DNA from: Reclinomonas americana ATCC 50394
Taxonomy: Eukaryota
Direction of reading: 5' to 3'
DNA: 64,000 nt
Assembly: GCA_048213135.1 (NCBI GenBank)
Contig: PS015009.1
Span: forward strand, 62,001 to 126,000
Part shown: positions 1-10,963 of the stretch, one piece after another
How positions within the stretch are numbered: position 1 is the stretch's first letter
Layout of the letters: the number at the start of each line of letters is the position of its first letter
The notes under the pieces: model-generated
Databases searched by the model: none
What the model was told of the DNA's origin: nothing
What the model saw: the letters and a program-made list of their open reading frames with translations, nothing else
Made by a program: the position numbers and the translations under genes

Positions 1-1
1 C

Positions 2-688
2 AATGGTGCCAACAGCGCTGCTGTTTGTTATAATCTTACTGTGAACGCCACCACCGTTACCGGTTGCGCCAGCAGTTACGATGTGTCCACCAACGGTACC
101 ACTTCAGGAGCCGCTACCATTCCGTTCAATACCAATATCACGGGGCTCATCAGTCCGACAGCCGATGTCGACAATTACAAATTCGTGATCACCACAGGTG
201 GTACCATTACTGTTACACTGGGTACACTGCCTGCCGACTACGACCTCAAACTGCTCAACAGCGCGGGTACACAGGCAGGTATTTCGCAGAACGGAAGCAC
301 CACCAGTGAAACCATCAATTACACCGCAGCGGCGGGTACTTACTATGCACAGGTGTATGGTTATAACGGTGCCAACAGTGCCACCACTTGTTATACACTG
401 AAAGTACAATTGGGTACCGCAAGCATCACCGGTACGGAAATGGTGACTGCTGATAAGTTGTCGGTATCTCCCAATCCTGCATCAGGCTTCATCAACATTA
501 CCATACCCGGCAACATCAACGGACGCGGCAGTTTCCGCATCATGGATGCCAAAGGCAATGTGGTATTGCAGCAGGGTGTTACCGGCAAATTGCAGCGGGT
601 GGATGTATCGAAACTGCCCGCAGGCGTTTACCTGGTACAGGTGAACAACAACGGTTACAACAGCAGTACCCGTTTTGTAAAACAATAG
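2..688 (+). CDS. C-terminal part of a secreted T9SS cargo protein (PPC-like domain + type A CTD); 5' end lies outside the window
   Basis: Frame is open from the window edge. Nearly identical to the C-terminus of 939..4217. Ends with CTD motifs SPNPAS...LPAGVYLVQV...STRFVKQ. Confidence 0.85.
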   Translation, partial: NGANSAAVCYNLTVNATTVTGCASSYDVSTNGTTSGAATIPFNTNITGLISPTADVDNYKFVITTGGTITVTLGTLPADYDLKLLNSAGTQAGISQNGSTTSETINYTAAAGTYYAQVYGYNGANSATTCYTLKVQLGTASITGTEMVTADKLSVSPNPASGFINITIPGNINGRGSFRIMDAKGNVVLQQGVTGKLQRVDVSKLPAGVYLVQVNNNGYNSSTRFVKQ

Positions 689-711
689 CGATCAGCCAAC
701 CCTTAAACGAT

Positions 712-742
712 AAACATCCGCCTCCGGGCGGGTGTTTTTTTA
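712..742 (+). terminator. Rho-independent terminator
   Basis: AAACATCCGCC-TCCG-GGCGGGTGTTT hairpin followed by a T-tract, after the stop at 688. Confidence 0.85.
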
Positions 743-938
743 TGCTGAAAATTAAAAGCTTGCACACCGTTTTGTTAACGAAAAAACTTCGGCAGGGATA
801 TTCACACGTAGGAACCCCCGCTAAACATACGCAGGCCGAAACCGTTATTCACAGCGGTTTTACAGAGTGCTTTTACGCTTGTGAAAATTGTTGCTAACGA
901 TTAATTTGTACAACTTTATTAACGCTTAAACTACCATT

Positions 939-3900
939 ATGAAAAGAATTACCGCTACTCTTTGTACGTTGTTTTTTTCCGTCATTGCTTTTTCACAAAA
1001 CTGGGAAAGAACAACAACCGCATCCATAACCGGTGTTACAGACCGCGTGGTCAAACCACAGCAGTTCAACCTCACCAGGCTGGATGTGCCTTCACTGCTC
1101 ACCGTACTCAACAGCAGCCCGCAGGAATTTTCTGACCGGGCAAGGACCAACCCGGTGATCATGCAACTGCCTATGCCAGACGGAAGCCTGAAACGATTCC
1201 GTATTACACAGTCATCTATTATGGAAAAAGGCCTGGCCGACCAGTTCCCCGAAATAAAAACCTATGCGGGTCAGGGCATTGACGATCCGTATGCCACCGT
1301 AAGAATGGATTACAATCCTTACTTCGGTTTCAGCGCACAGATATTGTCATCTTCCGGAACCATCTACGTTGATCCGTACAGCAGGGGCAATACCCAATTC
1401 TATCAAAGCTACTCCGCGAAGGATTACCGCAATACGGCTAAAGAAATGGCGCCCTTTGTGTGCCACTCCGATTTTGCAGCGCCCACCATCAACGATGCAG
1501 CAGGCCCCTGCCGGGGAACACAATTGTTCACCTACCGCCTGGCCGTGGCCTGTACCGGTGAATATGCGGTTGCTGCGACTGGTCTTTCTTCACCGACTGT
1601 CGCTCAAACGCTGGCCAAGATCGTAACGACCGTTAACCGGGTAACCGGCATTTATGAAAATGAAGTAGCTGTAAGACTGTTACTGATATCGAATGAAAGC
1701 GCCATTATTTTTACCAATGCAAGCACCGATCCTTTCAATGGTAATAACGACGCCAATACACTGATCGACGAAAGTCAGTCCGTGATCACCACCAATATCG
1801 GCTCTGCCAATTTTGATGTTGGACACACCTTCAGCACAGGCGGCGGCGGACTGGCCGGCCTGGGCGTGGTTTGTGTAAGCGGACAAAAAGCCAGCGGCAT
1901 TACCGGCAGCGCCAATCCCGTAGGTGACGCGTATGATGTGGATTACGTAGCACACGAACTCGGTCACCAGTTTGGCGGTAACCACACGTTCAACAGCGTT
2001 ACCGGCAGCTGCGGAGGCGGCAACAGGAATGCAGGAACCGCCTATGAAGTGGGCAGCGGCACTACCATTATGGCCTACGCCGGTATTTGCGGTACAGACA
2101 ATATCCAACCCAACAGTGATCCTTTCTTTCACAGTGTGAGTTATGATGAGATCAGTAACTACATCACCACCGGCAGCGGCAATGGTTGCAAAGGCACCAT
2201 CGCCACCGGCAATACACTGCCGCAGATAACCGCCATGAATAACAATGGCGCCAACATTCCGCTGAACACACCATTCACACTCAGCGCTACCGCAACAGAC
2301 GCCAATGGCGACGCCCTTACCTATTGCTGGGAAGAATGGGACCTGGGCACCAGTGGCGCCTGGAACAATGGCGCTTCCAGCACAACAGCACCGCTTTTCA
2401 AATCACGTGTACCCGTTACCAGCGGCAGCCGCACATTCCCCGACATGGCCGTAATACTCGCCGGTTATCCTGCAAGTCCTGCTGCCACCATGGGCGGACT
2501 GAAAGGCGAGACCTTACCCGGCGTGGCCAGGGCCATCAAGTTCAGGCTAACGGTGAGGGATAACCGCTCAGGCGGCGGCGGCGTAGTTACCGGTGGCAGT
2601 GGCTGCCAGACCGGCTTCACTACCGGCTTCCAGGTGAATACCATTACCGGCACAGGGCCCTTTGCCGTTACTTCTCCCAATACCGCCGTATCCTGGGCTG
2701 GAGGTTCTTCACAAACCATTACCTGGAACGTGGCCGGATCAAGCGGCTCACCCATCAGTTGTGCCAATGTGAAAATATCATTGTCAACCGATGGCGGCCT
2801 TACCTATCCAACAATACTCACCGCCAGTACAGCCAATGATGGTACCGAAGCACTTACCATACCCAATACACCTTCCACGCAGGCAAGGGTAAAAATTGAA
2901 GCAGTAGGCAATATCTTCTTTGATATTTCCAATGTCAACTTTACCATCACTGCAGGATCGGGTTGTACAGCGCCTTCCGGCCTCAGTTCATCCGCTGTTA
3001 CCACCACCAGCGCTACCGTAAGCTGGACAGCCGTAAGCGGCGCCGTAAGCTATGATGTGGATTATAAAACCAACGCTTCCGGCACCTGGACCAATGCGGC
3101 TACAGGCACCACTTCTACCTCCGTTAATTTAAGCGGTCTCAGCAGCGGTACCTTATACGACTGGAGAGTAAGGACCAATTGTTCCGGAAGCAGCAGCAGT
3201 TATTCATCCGCTCAATTCACTACCACAACATCCGGCGGTTGCAGCACTGCTTATGAGCCTAATGAAACACAGGCTGCGGCGGCAGCCATCGCTACCAATA
3301 CGGCTATTTCCGCAGCCATCAGTCCAAGCGGTGATGTGGATTACTATTCTGTGAATGTAACCGCCACCAGCAACTTTAACATCACGCTCACCAACCTTCC
3401 CGGCGATTACGACCTGTACTTCTATAACAGTGCAGGCACGCAGATAGGAAGTTCAGAAGCAGGCGGTACTACCAGCGAAACCATCACACTCAGCAACCAG
3501 GCTGCCGGTACATATTACGTTCGTGTGATCGGTTACAACGGTGCCAACAGCGCTGCTGTTTGTTATAATCTTACTGTGAACGCCACCACCGTTACCGGTT
3601 GCGCCAGCAGTTACGATGTGTCCACCAACGGTACCACTTCAGGAGCCGCTACCATTCCGTTCAATACCAATATCACGGGGCTCATCAGTCCGACAGCCGA
3701 TGTCGACAATTACAAATTCGTGATCACCACAGGTGGTACCATCACCGTTACGCTGGGTACACTGCCTGCCGACTACGACCTCAAACTGCTCAACAGCGCG
3801 GGCACACAGGTAGGTATTTCGCAGAACGGAAGTACCACCAGTGAAACCATCAATTACACCGCGGCTGCAGGTACTTACTATGCACAGGTATATGGATACA

Positions 3901-4217
3901 ATGGTGCTAATAACGCTACTACCTGCTATACCCTGAAAGTACAACTGGGTACCGCATCAAGGCCCGAGATGGTGACTGCCGATAAGTTGTCGGTATCTCC
4001 CAATCCTGCATCAGGCTTCATCAACATTACCATACCCGGCGACATCAACGGACGCGGCAGTTTCCGCATCATGGATGCCAAAGGCAATGTGGTATTGCAG
4101 CAGGGTGTTACCGGCAAATTGCAGCGGGTAGACGTATCTAAACTGCCCGCAGGCGTTTACCTGGTACAGGTGAACAACAACGGTTACAACAGCAGTACCC
4201 GTTTCGTGAAACAATAA
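939..4217 (+). CDS. Reprolysin-like (M12B-type) zinc metalloprotease with FN3 and PPC domains and T9SS type A CTD
   Basis: Signal peptide, HELGHQFGGNH zinc motif, GSGTTIMAYAG Met-turn, FN3 (LSSGTLYDWRVR), two PPC-like repeats, CTD. Confidence 0.9.
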   Translation: MKRITATLCTLFFSVIAFSQNWERTTTASITGVTDRVVKPQQFNLTRLDVPSLLTVLNSSPQEFSDRARTNPVIMQLPMPDGSLKRFRITQSSIMEKGLADQFPEIKTYAGQGIDDPYATVRMDYNPYFGFSAQILSSSGTIYVDPYSRGNTQFYQSYSAKDYRNTAKEMAPFVCHSDFAAPTINDAAGPCRGTQLFTYRLAVACTGEYAVAATGLSSPTVAQTLAKIVTTVNRVTGIYENEVAVRLLLISNESAIIFTNASTDPFNGNNDANTLIDESQSVITTNIGSANFDVGHTFSTGGGGLAGLGVVCVSGQKASGITGSANPVGDAYDVDYVAHELGHQFGGNHTFNSVTGSCGGGNRNAGTAYEVGSGTTIMAYAGICGTDNIQPNSDPFFHSVSYDEISNYITTGSGNGCKGTIATGNTLPQITAMNNNGANIPLNTPFTLSATATDANGDALTYCWEEWDLGTSGAWNNGASSTTAPLFKSRVPVTSGSRTFPDMAVILAGYPASPAATMGGLKGETLPGVARAIKFRLTVRDNRSGGGGVVTGGSGCQTGFTTGFQVNTITGTGPFAVTSPNTAVSWAGGSSQTITWNVAGSSGSPISCANVKISLSTDGGLTYPTILTASTANDGTEALTIPNTPSTQARVKIEAVGNIFFDISNVNFTITAGSGCTAPSGLSSSAVTTTSATVSWTAVSGAVSYDVDYKTNASGTWTNAATGTTSTSVNLSGLSSGTLYDWRVRTNCSGSSSSYSSAQFTTTTSGGCSTAYEPNETQAAAAAIATNTAISAAISPSGDVDYYSVNVTATSNFNITLTNLPGDYDLYFYNSAGTQIGSSEAGGTTSETITLSNQAAGTYYVRVIGYNGANSAAVCYNLTVNATTVTGCASSYDVSTNGTTSGAATIPFNTNITGLISPTADVDNYKFVITTGGTITVTLGTLPADYDLKLLNSAGTQVGISQNGSTTSETINYTAAAGTYYAQVYGYNGANNATTCYTLKVQLGTASRPEMVTADKLSVSPNPASGFINITIPGDINGRGSFRIMDAKGNVVLQQGVTGKLQRVDVSKLPAGVYLVQVNNNGYNSSTRFVKQ

Positions 4218-4239
4218 CACAGCCAGAAACCTACCCATA

Positions 4240-4480
4240 AAAAAAACTCCACCGCTCGTGGTAGTTTAGTTTAGTTAGTATAGTAGTAGTAGTAGTAGTA
4301 AGTTAAGTTAAATAACTAACTAATATAATAAATAACTTACTTACGTNNNNNNNNNNNNNNNNNNNNACGTAACGTAACGTACGTACGTACGTTAACGTAA
4401 CGTAACTAACAACAACAACAACCTAACCGTAAACCTAAACCGTAAACCTAAACTAAACGTAACGTACGTCGTGTAGAAGT
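4240..4480. other. Assembly gap (N run 4347-4366) with low-quality flanks
   Basis: 20 Ns flanked by noisy TAG/ACGT/AAC low-complexity sequence. Confidence 0.9.
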
Positions 4481-4608
4481 TTTTTTATGATAATGACTTG
4501 ATGTAAATGTTAAAATATAACCATATGAAAATAATCCTTGTACTTCAGTGGGGCCTGCACCACTTATAAAAATCGCTCACATTTGCTTATCTGCATATTT
4601 GCACATTT

Positions 4609-5175
4609 TCATATTTCTTTCGCACAGTGCCTGCACCTCGGTTCATAAATATCCTTTTCGCCCAGCAGCACCTGTCCTTCCTGCTGGGTTTTACGGTAAG
4701 ATACATTGGCGATATTACCGCAACGGACACAGATAGCATGCAGCTTGGTAATATAATCGGCCTTGGCCAGCAGGTTGGGCATCTGCCCGAAGGGCTTGCC
4801 CAGGTAATCCATATCCAGCCCCGCTACAATAACACGTATCCCCCTGATTGCCAGTTGCTCACACACATCGCCGATCTCAGCATCAAAAAACTGCGCTTCA
4901 TCGATCCCAACCACATCCACATCCTGCGCCAGCAGTAAAATAGATTGCGAACTGTCTACCGGGGTGGAATGAATGGCGTTGGTATCGTGACTTACGATTT
5001 TGGTTTCGTCGTACCGCACATCAATGGCGGGTTTGAATATCTCCACTTTCAGGTTGGCGATCTTCACTCTTTTCAAACGGCGTATCAGCTCCTCTGTTTT
5101 GCCACTGAACATGCTCCCGCAGATCACTTCAATCCAGCCCCTTCTTTCGCCTTTCAGGTTGGGTTCTATAAACAT
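4609..5175 (-). CDS. tdk: Thymidine kinase
   Basis: [12 protein letters not shown]-loop, [10 protein letters not shown], Zn-binding CVRC/CRHC. Confidence 0.95.
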   Translation of the reverse strand: MFIEPNLKGERRGWIEVICGSMFSGKTEELIRRLKRVKIANLKVEIFKPAIDVRYDETKIVSHDTNAIHSTPVDSSQSILLLAQDVDVVGIDEAQFFDAEIGDVCEQLAIRGIRVIVAGLDMDYLGKPFGQMPNLLAKADYITKLHAICVRCGNIANVSYRKTQQEGQVLLGEKDIYEPRCRHCAKEI

Positions 5176-5268
5176 TTAAGTATTTTTTTTTAAAAATCCC
5201 TTGTAACTTAGAGATGTATTTCATCATCTCTCCTGAGTTCAAGCAGGGCATCAAAAATATACTTTATC

Positions 5269-6033
5269 ATGGAAAGAGTGGAAACACTCCTGAAAAAATT
5301 ACAGGATCAGTTTGAGCAAAAAGCTCATCCTCACCAGCTTCTCCTGACTGTACAGATGCTTCAGGCCGAGTTACTGCACCTGCAGGGCTCGGGCCAGGGA
5401 TTTGGGGCGGTTGCCGTTACCGTCGATACCCACCGTACGGCCGTAAATGGCGCTCCGCCTGCTGCTGCCGCTGTTGCCCCACCTCCTCCTGTTGCTGAAA
5501 AAAGAGAAGAAGAAAAGATTGTTGAAGTATTACAGGTAGATGAGGCTGAAATAGACGCCGAACTGGAAGAGATCAAACGCAATGCCGAGGCCCTGCAGAA
5601 GATCAGCCACCAAAATAAACCCCATATCGTTTTTGAACCGGAAGAAGAGATACCCACACTTACCCAGCAGAACTCCTATCCCAGGAATGAAGTAAAGAAA
5701 GAGATCAATGAAACCGTGAACAGCAGCAACGGCGCTTCTCTCAATGAAAAACTGAAACAGTCGAAAATAGACCTGGGTGATACCCTGACAGAAACGCCCA
5801 TCCGTGATCTTAAAAAAGCCATCGGCGTTAACGACCGGTTCCTTTTCATCAATGAGCTTTTCCGTGGCGACGAAGCCGCTTATGAAAGAAGCATCAAAAC
5901 CATTAACGGTTTTTCCATTTTACCCGAAGCCGAATACTGGATACAAAGAGAGCTGAAAGTGAAGAATGGCTGGAATGACAGTAATCCCGTTGTACGCCAG
6001 TTTGATCAGCTCGTTAAAAGACGGTTTGCCTGA
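5269..6033 (+). CDS. Conserved Bacteroidota hypothetical protein
   Basis: C-terminal DLKKAIGVNDRFLFINELF...LVKRRFA segment recognised in Bacteroidota hypotheticals. Confidence 0.75.
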   Translation: MERVETLLKKLQDQFEQKAHPHQLLLTVQMLQAELLHLQGSGQGFGAVAVTVDTHRTAVNGAPPAAAAVAPPPPVAEKREEEKIVEVLQVDEAEIDAELEEIKRNAEALQKISHQNKPHIVFEPEEEIPTLTQQNSYPRNEVKKEINETVNSSNGASLNEKLKQSKIDLGDTLTETPIRDLKKAIGVNDRFLFINELFRGDEAAYERSIKTINGFSILPEAEYWIQRELKVKNGWNDSNPVVRQFDQLVKRRFA

Positions 6034-7277
6034 ATATAATCCATAATAGCCGCCGACGCCCCTGCTCCCTGCCGGACAAAATTTCCTGAAGCCTCCCCCG
6101 CTTTCCTCAGTTGTTCCGCATCTCCGAACAATTGCTGCAATACCGCCTCCAGCTTCAACGGCCCTGTGGCCACCAGCCCGCCACCCGATGCCACCAAACC
6201 TACTGCCTCATCATATTTTTCATATACCGGACCGAATACAACCGGTTTGCCATACACCGCGGCCTCCAGCACATTGTGTATACCATCGGCACCAAACCCG
6301 CCACCAACAAAGGTTACCGTAGCATATCGGTATAACCTCGACAACATCCCGATATTATCGATTACCAGTACATGTCCGCCGGACGCGGCACCACTGGCCA
6401 GTGAAGAATACAACACCGTGCCGGGAAACTCCTTTTGGATACTCTCCAGCCGGTCGGCCGATATTTCATGCGGGGCGATGATGAACTGTACTTCGGGATG
6501 CACTTTCACATAATGCAGCAGTTCCACTTCATCTTCATCCCAGGTACTGCCCGCCACCAATACCGGTGCTGTGCCACAGAAGTCGCTGATATGCGGTATA
6601 TCCTCCCCACGCGACGCGATCTCCAGCACCCGATCGAAACGGGTATCACCAGCCTGGCTCACCTGCTCGCGGAAACCGATGCCTGCCAGCAATTCCCTGG
6701 ACTCCTCATTCTGTATAAAAACAAAGGAAAAACAGGACAACATTTTCTTCCAGATAGAACCGTACCAGGCAAAGAAAGGCTGGCTTTTACGGAAGATTCC
6801 TGATACCAGCAGAACCGGAATCTTGCGCTTTTTCAATTCCAACAGGTAATAGAACCAGTATTCATACTTTACCCAGAGTACCAGGGTAGGATTGACTGTA
6901 TCTACAAATCGACGGGCGTTGAAGGGGGAATCCATGGGGAGGTAGCAGATATGGTCAGCGCCGGGGTAGTCCTTCATCACCTCGTATCCCGAAGGGGAAA
7001 AAAAACTCAGCACGATGAAGGCGGAAGGATAGCGTTTTTTCAGTTCTTCCAGCAGCGGGCGCCCCTGCTCAAACTCCCCCAGGCTGGCGCAATGCATCCA
7101 TATCCGCTGACCCGGAGCCCCCTGCATGGCTTTTTCAAGCCTGGGAAACACATCTTTCCTGCCCGACAACCATTTGCGTGCCTTGGGATTGGCGACAGAC
7201 ACCACCCTTATGCCGGCGGAATACAAAAGAAGAAAAAGATTGTAAAATAACTGTCCCACAGGTGAAAGTTTGCTCAA
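6006..7277 (-). CDS. waaA: 3-deoxy-D-manno-octulosonic acid (Kdo) transferase
   Basis: IWMHCASLGEFEQ, GDTRFD, VAGSTW and HNVLEAA motifs; exact start uncertain. Confidence 0.92.
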   Translation of the reverse strand: MSKLSPVGQLFYNLFLLLYSAGIRVVSVANPKARKWLSGRKDVFPRLEKAMQGAPGQRIWMHCASLGEFEQGRPLLEELKKRYPSAFIVLSFFSPSGYEVMKDYPGADHICYLPMDSPFNARRFVDTVNPTLVLWVKYEYWFYYLLELKKRKIPVLLVSGIFRKSQPFFAWYGSIWKKMLSCFSFVFIQNEESRELLAGIGFREQVSQAGDTRFDRVLEIASRGEDIPHISDFCGTAPVLVAGSTWDEDEVELLHYVKVHPEVQFIIAPHEISADRLESIQKEFPGTVLYSSLASGAASGGHVLVIDNIGMLSRLYRYATVTFVGGGFGADGIHNVLEAAVYGKPVVFGPVYEKYDEAVGLVASGGGLVATGPLKLEAVLQQLFGDAEQLRKAGEASGNFVRQGAGASAAIMDYIQANRLLTS

Positions 7278-7424
7278 AAGTAAGGAATGTAGAAATAGGC
7301 GGGCGAAGGAGGGTCATGCACCGTATTCCTGCCGGGAACGGCCCCTTGTTAATGCCCGTCAGCCGTCGTTTATCAATTGAACTTTTCCCTGTTCTCCGGC
7401 CCGTTTTCTCCATTTCTTTTTGAC

Positions 7425-7432
7425 TATCTTTG
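7425..7432 (+). promoter_or_regulatory. Bacteroidota sigma-A -7 box
   Basis: TATCTTTG matches TAnnTTTG, about 20 nt before the ATG at 7452. Confidence 0.65.
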
Positions 7433-7451
7433 CGACGCTAAAAAGAAAGCT

Positions 7452-8582
7452 ATGAGACCATTACAAATGGTAGATACCAGGTCGCAATACCTGAAGATAA
7501 AATCAGAAGTAGATGCCGCGGTGATCGCGGTAATGGAAAGCTCCATGTTCATCGGTGGTAAAGTGGTCAATGACTTTGCCGAACACCTGGCAACCTACCA
7601 CGGCAGTAAGCATTGCATTCCCTGCGCCAATGGTACCGATGCCCTGCAGATTGCCATGATGGCACTGGGGCTGGAACCCGGTGATGAAGTGATCACTCCT
7701 TCTTTTACATATATCGCAACAGTGGAAGTGGCCGCCCTCCTGCGGATCAAACCCATATTCGTGGAAGTGGACCGCCATACTTTTTGTATAGATCCTGCCG
7801 CGATTGAAAAAGCCATCACCCCAAAAACAAAGGCCATTGTACCGGTACACCTGTACGGACAGGCGGCGGATATGGAAAAGATCATGGACATTGCCAAAAG
7901 GCATAACCTGTACGTGATCGAGGACAATGCCCAGGCTATTGGCTGTGACTATACGTTCAGCGACGGTACCGTAAAGAAAACAGGGAACATAGGCCATATT
8001 GGTTGCACCTCCTTTTACCCTTCAAAAAACCTGGGTGCTTTTGGTGATGGCGGCGCCATTTTTACCAATGATGATACCCTGGCGGCGCAATTACGGATGA
8101 TCGCTTCACACGGACAGAGCAAACGCTACTATCATGATGTGGTGGGCTGTAACTCCAGGCTGGATGCCATGCAGGCCGCCATTCTGGACATTAAACTGAA
8201 ACACCTCGACGAATACATCGATGCCCGCCGCAAGGCCGCTGATTTTTATGATAAGGCCTTTTCATATAATAAAAAGATCAATACGCCGTTTAGAGACGGC
8301 AACAATAAACATGTTTTTCACCAGTACACACTGGTGCTTGACGGAGTGGACAGGGATGGCCTGAACCAGTTCCTGGCCGAAAAAGGCGTTCCCTCCATGA
8401 TCTATTATCCCGTACCCGCCCACAAACAGAAAATGTTCGACGCCTTTGGCGGAAGCGCTTATGAGCTGCCGGTTACAGACTGGCTTACTGAAAGAGTGAT
8501 ATCGCTCCCGATACATACGGAACTGGACGAAGAACAACTGCAATTTATTGCAGACCATGTGCTGGAATATGTAAACCGCTGA
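7452..8582 (+). CDS. DegT/DnrJ/EryC1/StrS family sugar aminotransferase
   Basis: ANGTDAL, VHLYGQ, IEDNAQA and SFYPSKNLG (PLP Lys). Start trimmed to MRPLQMVD. Confidence 0.93.
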   Translation: MRPLQMVDTRSQYLKIKSEVDAAVIAVMESSMFIGGKVVNDFAEHLATYHGSKHCIPCANGTDALQIAMMALGLEPGDEVITPSFTYIATVEVAALLRIKPIFVEVDRHTFCIDPAAIEKAITPKTKAIVPVHLYGQAADMEKIMDIAKRHNLYVIEDNAQAIGCDYTFSDGTVKKTGNIGHIGCTSFYPSKNLGAFGDGGAIFTNDDTLAAQLRMIASHGQSKRYYHDVVGCNSRLDAMQAAILDIKLKHLDEYIDARRKAADFYDKAFSYNKKINTPFRDGNNKHVFHQYTLVLDGVDRDGLNQFLAEKGVPSMIYYPVPAHKQKMFDAFGGSAYELPVTDWLTERVISLPIHTELDEEQLQFIADHVLEYVNR

Positions 8583-8613
8583 TACTGATTTAGAACTTTA
8601 ACCCTTAATAATT

Positions 8614-9930
8614 ATGAATATTGCTGTTGTAGGAACAGGATATGTAGGCTTGGTAACCGGTACTTGTTTTGCTGAAACAGGGAACAATGTAACCTGTGTT
8701 GATATTGATGTAAAAAAAGTAGAGAAACTGAATGCCGGTCAGATCACGATTTATGAACCAGGGCTCGAAAAATTATTTCTCCGCAACCAGAAAGAAGGCC
8801 GTCTGCATTTTACCACTTCTCTGAAGGAAGGTATTGCCAATGCACAGGTGATCTTCCTGGCCCTTCCTACCCCGCCCGGTGAAGATGGCAGTGCCGACCT
8901 GAAATATGTTTTGGGTGTTGCTGCCGACCTGGGTAACCTCATCACTGAATACAAAGTCATTATCGATAAAAGTACCGTACCTGTAGGCACTGCCGAAAAA
9001 GTGCATGCCGCCATCGCGAAAAATGCCCGTGTGGGTTTTGATGTTGTATCCAATCCTGAATTTTTACGCGAAGGTGTAGCTGTGGATGATTTCATGAAAC
9101 CCGACAGGGTGGTGATTGGCACCGAATCGGACAAAGCGAAAAAAATACTCAGCGACCTGTACGCACCTTTCGTACGCCAGGGCAACCCCATCATATTCAT
9201 GGATGAGAAAAGTGCTGAGCTTACCAAATATGCCGCCAACGCTTTCCTGGCCACCAAAATCAGTTTCATGAACGAGATCGCACAGCTTTGCGAACGCCTG
9301 GGTGCCGACGTGGACATGGTACGTAAAGGTATCGGCAGCGACGAACGCATTGGTAAACGCTTCCTGTTCCCCGGCATCGGCTATGGCGGAAGTTGTTTTC
9401 CAAAAGATGTGAGCGCCCTGTTCAGATCTGCCAACGAAAGCGGGTATGATTTTAAAATACTCGACGCGGTAATGCAGGTCAATGAGAAACAAAAACTCCA
9501 CCTGCTGCCCCGCATTAAAGCACACTTCAATAATGACATCGCCGGTAAAAAGATAGCGCTGTGGGGACTGGCCTTCAAACCCAATACAGACGATATACGT
9601 GAAGCCCCGGCCCTGTATATCATCAACGAACTGCTGGCTGCCGGAGCCATTATTGAAGCATATGACCCTGAAGCCATGAGTAATGTGAAAGACCTCTTAC
9701 AAGACAAGATCAGTTTTTCCGAACGGCAATATGATGCACTCGAAGGCGCAGACGCCCTTGTGATCGCTACAGAATGGAGCGAATTCCGCACACCCGATTT
9801 TTACCGGATGAGCGGTTTGCTGAAAAATAAACTGATCTTCGACGGAAGGAACCTGTTCGACCTGAAACAAATGGAAGAGCTGGGTTATCATTACGAAAGC
9901 ATCGGCAGGCGGACTGTCGGGAATTCATAA
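8614..9930 (+). CDS. ugd: UDP-glucose 6-dehydrogenase
   Basis: GTGYVGL, SNPEFLREG, GYGGSCFPKD and AFKPNTDD motifs. Confidence 0.95.
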   Translation: MNIAVVGTGYVGLVTGTCFAETGNNVTCVDIDVKKVEKLNAGQITIYEPGLEKLFLRNQKEGRLHFTTSLKEGIANAQVIFLALPTPPGEDGSADLKYVLGVAADLGNLITEYKVIIDKSTVPVGTAEKVHAAIAKNARVGFDVVSNPEFLREGVAVDDFMKPDRVVIGTESDKAKKILSDLYAPFVRQGNPIIFMDEKSAELTKYAANAFLATKISFMNEIAQLCERLGADVDMVRKGIGSDERIGKRFLFPGIGYGGSCFPKDVSALFRSANESGYDFKILDAVMQVNEKQKLHLLPRIKAHFNNDIAGKKIALWGLAFKPNTDDIREAPALYIINELLAAGAIIEAYDPEAMSNVKDLLQDKISFSERQYDALEGADALVIATEWSEFRTPDFYRMSGLLKNKLIFDGRNLFDLKQMEELGYHYESIGRRTVGNS

Positions 9931-9959
9931 TTCACTATTCATAATTTATAATTAGTTCA

Positions 9960-10943
9960 GTGGCTCAGAAAAAAGTACTCATTACCGGGGCAGCCGGTTT
10001 CCTCGGTTCGCATCTTTGTGACCGTTTTATCAAAGAAGGATTCGCGGTTATCGGTATGGACAACCTCATTACCGGCGACCTCAAAAATATTGAACACCTG
10101 TTCAGGCTGGAGCAGTTTGAATTTTATCATCACGATGTTTCCAGGTTCATTCACGTAACCGGCAACCTCGATTATATCCTTCACTTCGCTTCACCGGCGA
10201 GTCCTATCGACTATCTAAAAATACCCATACAAACACTGAAAGTAAGTTCCCTGGGCACACACAACTGCCTGGGTCTTGCCAAAGCGAAAAAGGCAAGAAT
10301 ACTGGTGGCCTCTACCAGCGAAGTATATGGCGACCCGCTGGTACATCCTCAGAATGAAGAATACTGGGGTAACGTGAACCCGGTTGGTCCGCGTGGTGTA
10401 TACGACGAAGCCAAACGTTTCCAGGAAGCCATTACCATGGCCTACCATACTTTTCACCAGGTGGAAACAAGGATCGTACGCATCTTCAATACGTATGGCC
10501 CTAGGATGCGCCTCAACGATGGCAGGGCGCTTCCCGCTTTCATAGGCCAGGCGCTGCGTGGAGAGGACCTCACCGTTTTTGGTGATGGCAGCCAGACCCG
10601 CAGTTTTTGTTTTGTTGACGACCTGGTGGAAGGCATATACCGGCTTCTCATGAGCGATTATGCGCAACCCGTGAACATCGGTAATCCCGATGAGATCTCC
10701 CTGCTTGATTTCGCGGAAGAGATCATCAAACTGACCGGCACCAGCCAGAAGATCATTTTTAAACCACTGCCGGTAGATGATCCGAAACAAAGACAACCCG
10801 ATATCACCCTCGCCAAAAAACTGCTGAACTGGCAACCCACCGTAAGCAGGGCTGAAGGACTGAAGATCACCTATGATTATTTTAAATCTCTTCCCAAAGA
10901 AGAGCTGCTGAAACAACCCAAGGAATTTCAAAGTATTAAATAA
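9960..10943 (+). CDS. UDP-glucuronate decarboxylase (UDP-xylose synthase)
   Basis: [26 protein letters not shown] and YDEAKR motifs. Confidence 0.92.
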   Translation: MAQKKVLITGAAGFLGSHLCDRFIKEGFAVIGMDNLITGDLKNIEHLFRLEQFEFYHHDVSRFIHVTGNLDYILHFASPASPIDYLKIPIQTLKVSSLGTHNCLGLAKAKKARILVASTSEVYGDPLVHPQNEEYWGNVNPVGPRGVYDEAKRFQEAITMAYHTFHQVETRIVRIFNTYGPRMRLNDGRALPAFIGQALRGEDLTVFGDGSQTRSFCFVDDLVEGIYRLLMSDYAQPVNIGNPDEISLLDFAEEIIKLTGTSQKIIFKPLPVDDPKQRQPDITLAKKLLNWQPTVSRAEGLKITYDYFKSLPKEELLKQPKEFQSIK

Positions 10944-10963
10944 CCGATAATAAAATTTACTTA

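Noticed and set aside
4240-4480. Microsatellite-like TAG/ACGT/AAC runs
   Set aside because: They flank an N gap and resemble degraded pyrosequencing reads, probably entering a terminator hairpin; treated as an artefact.
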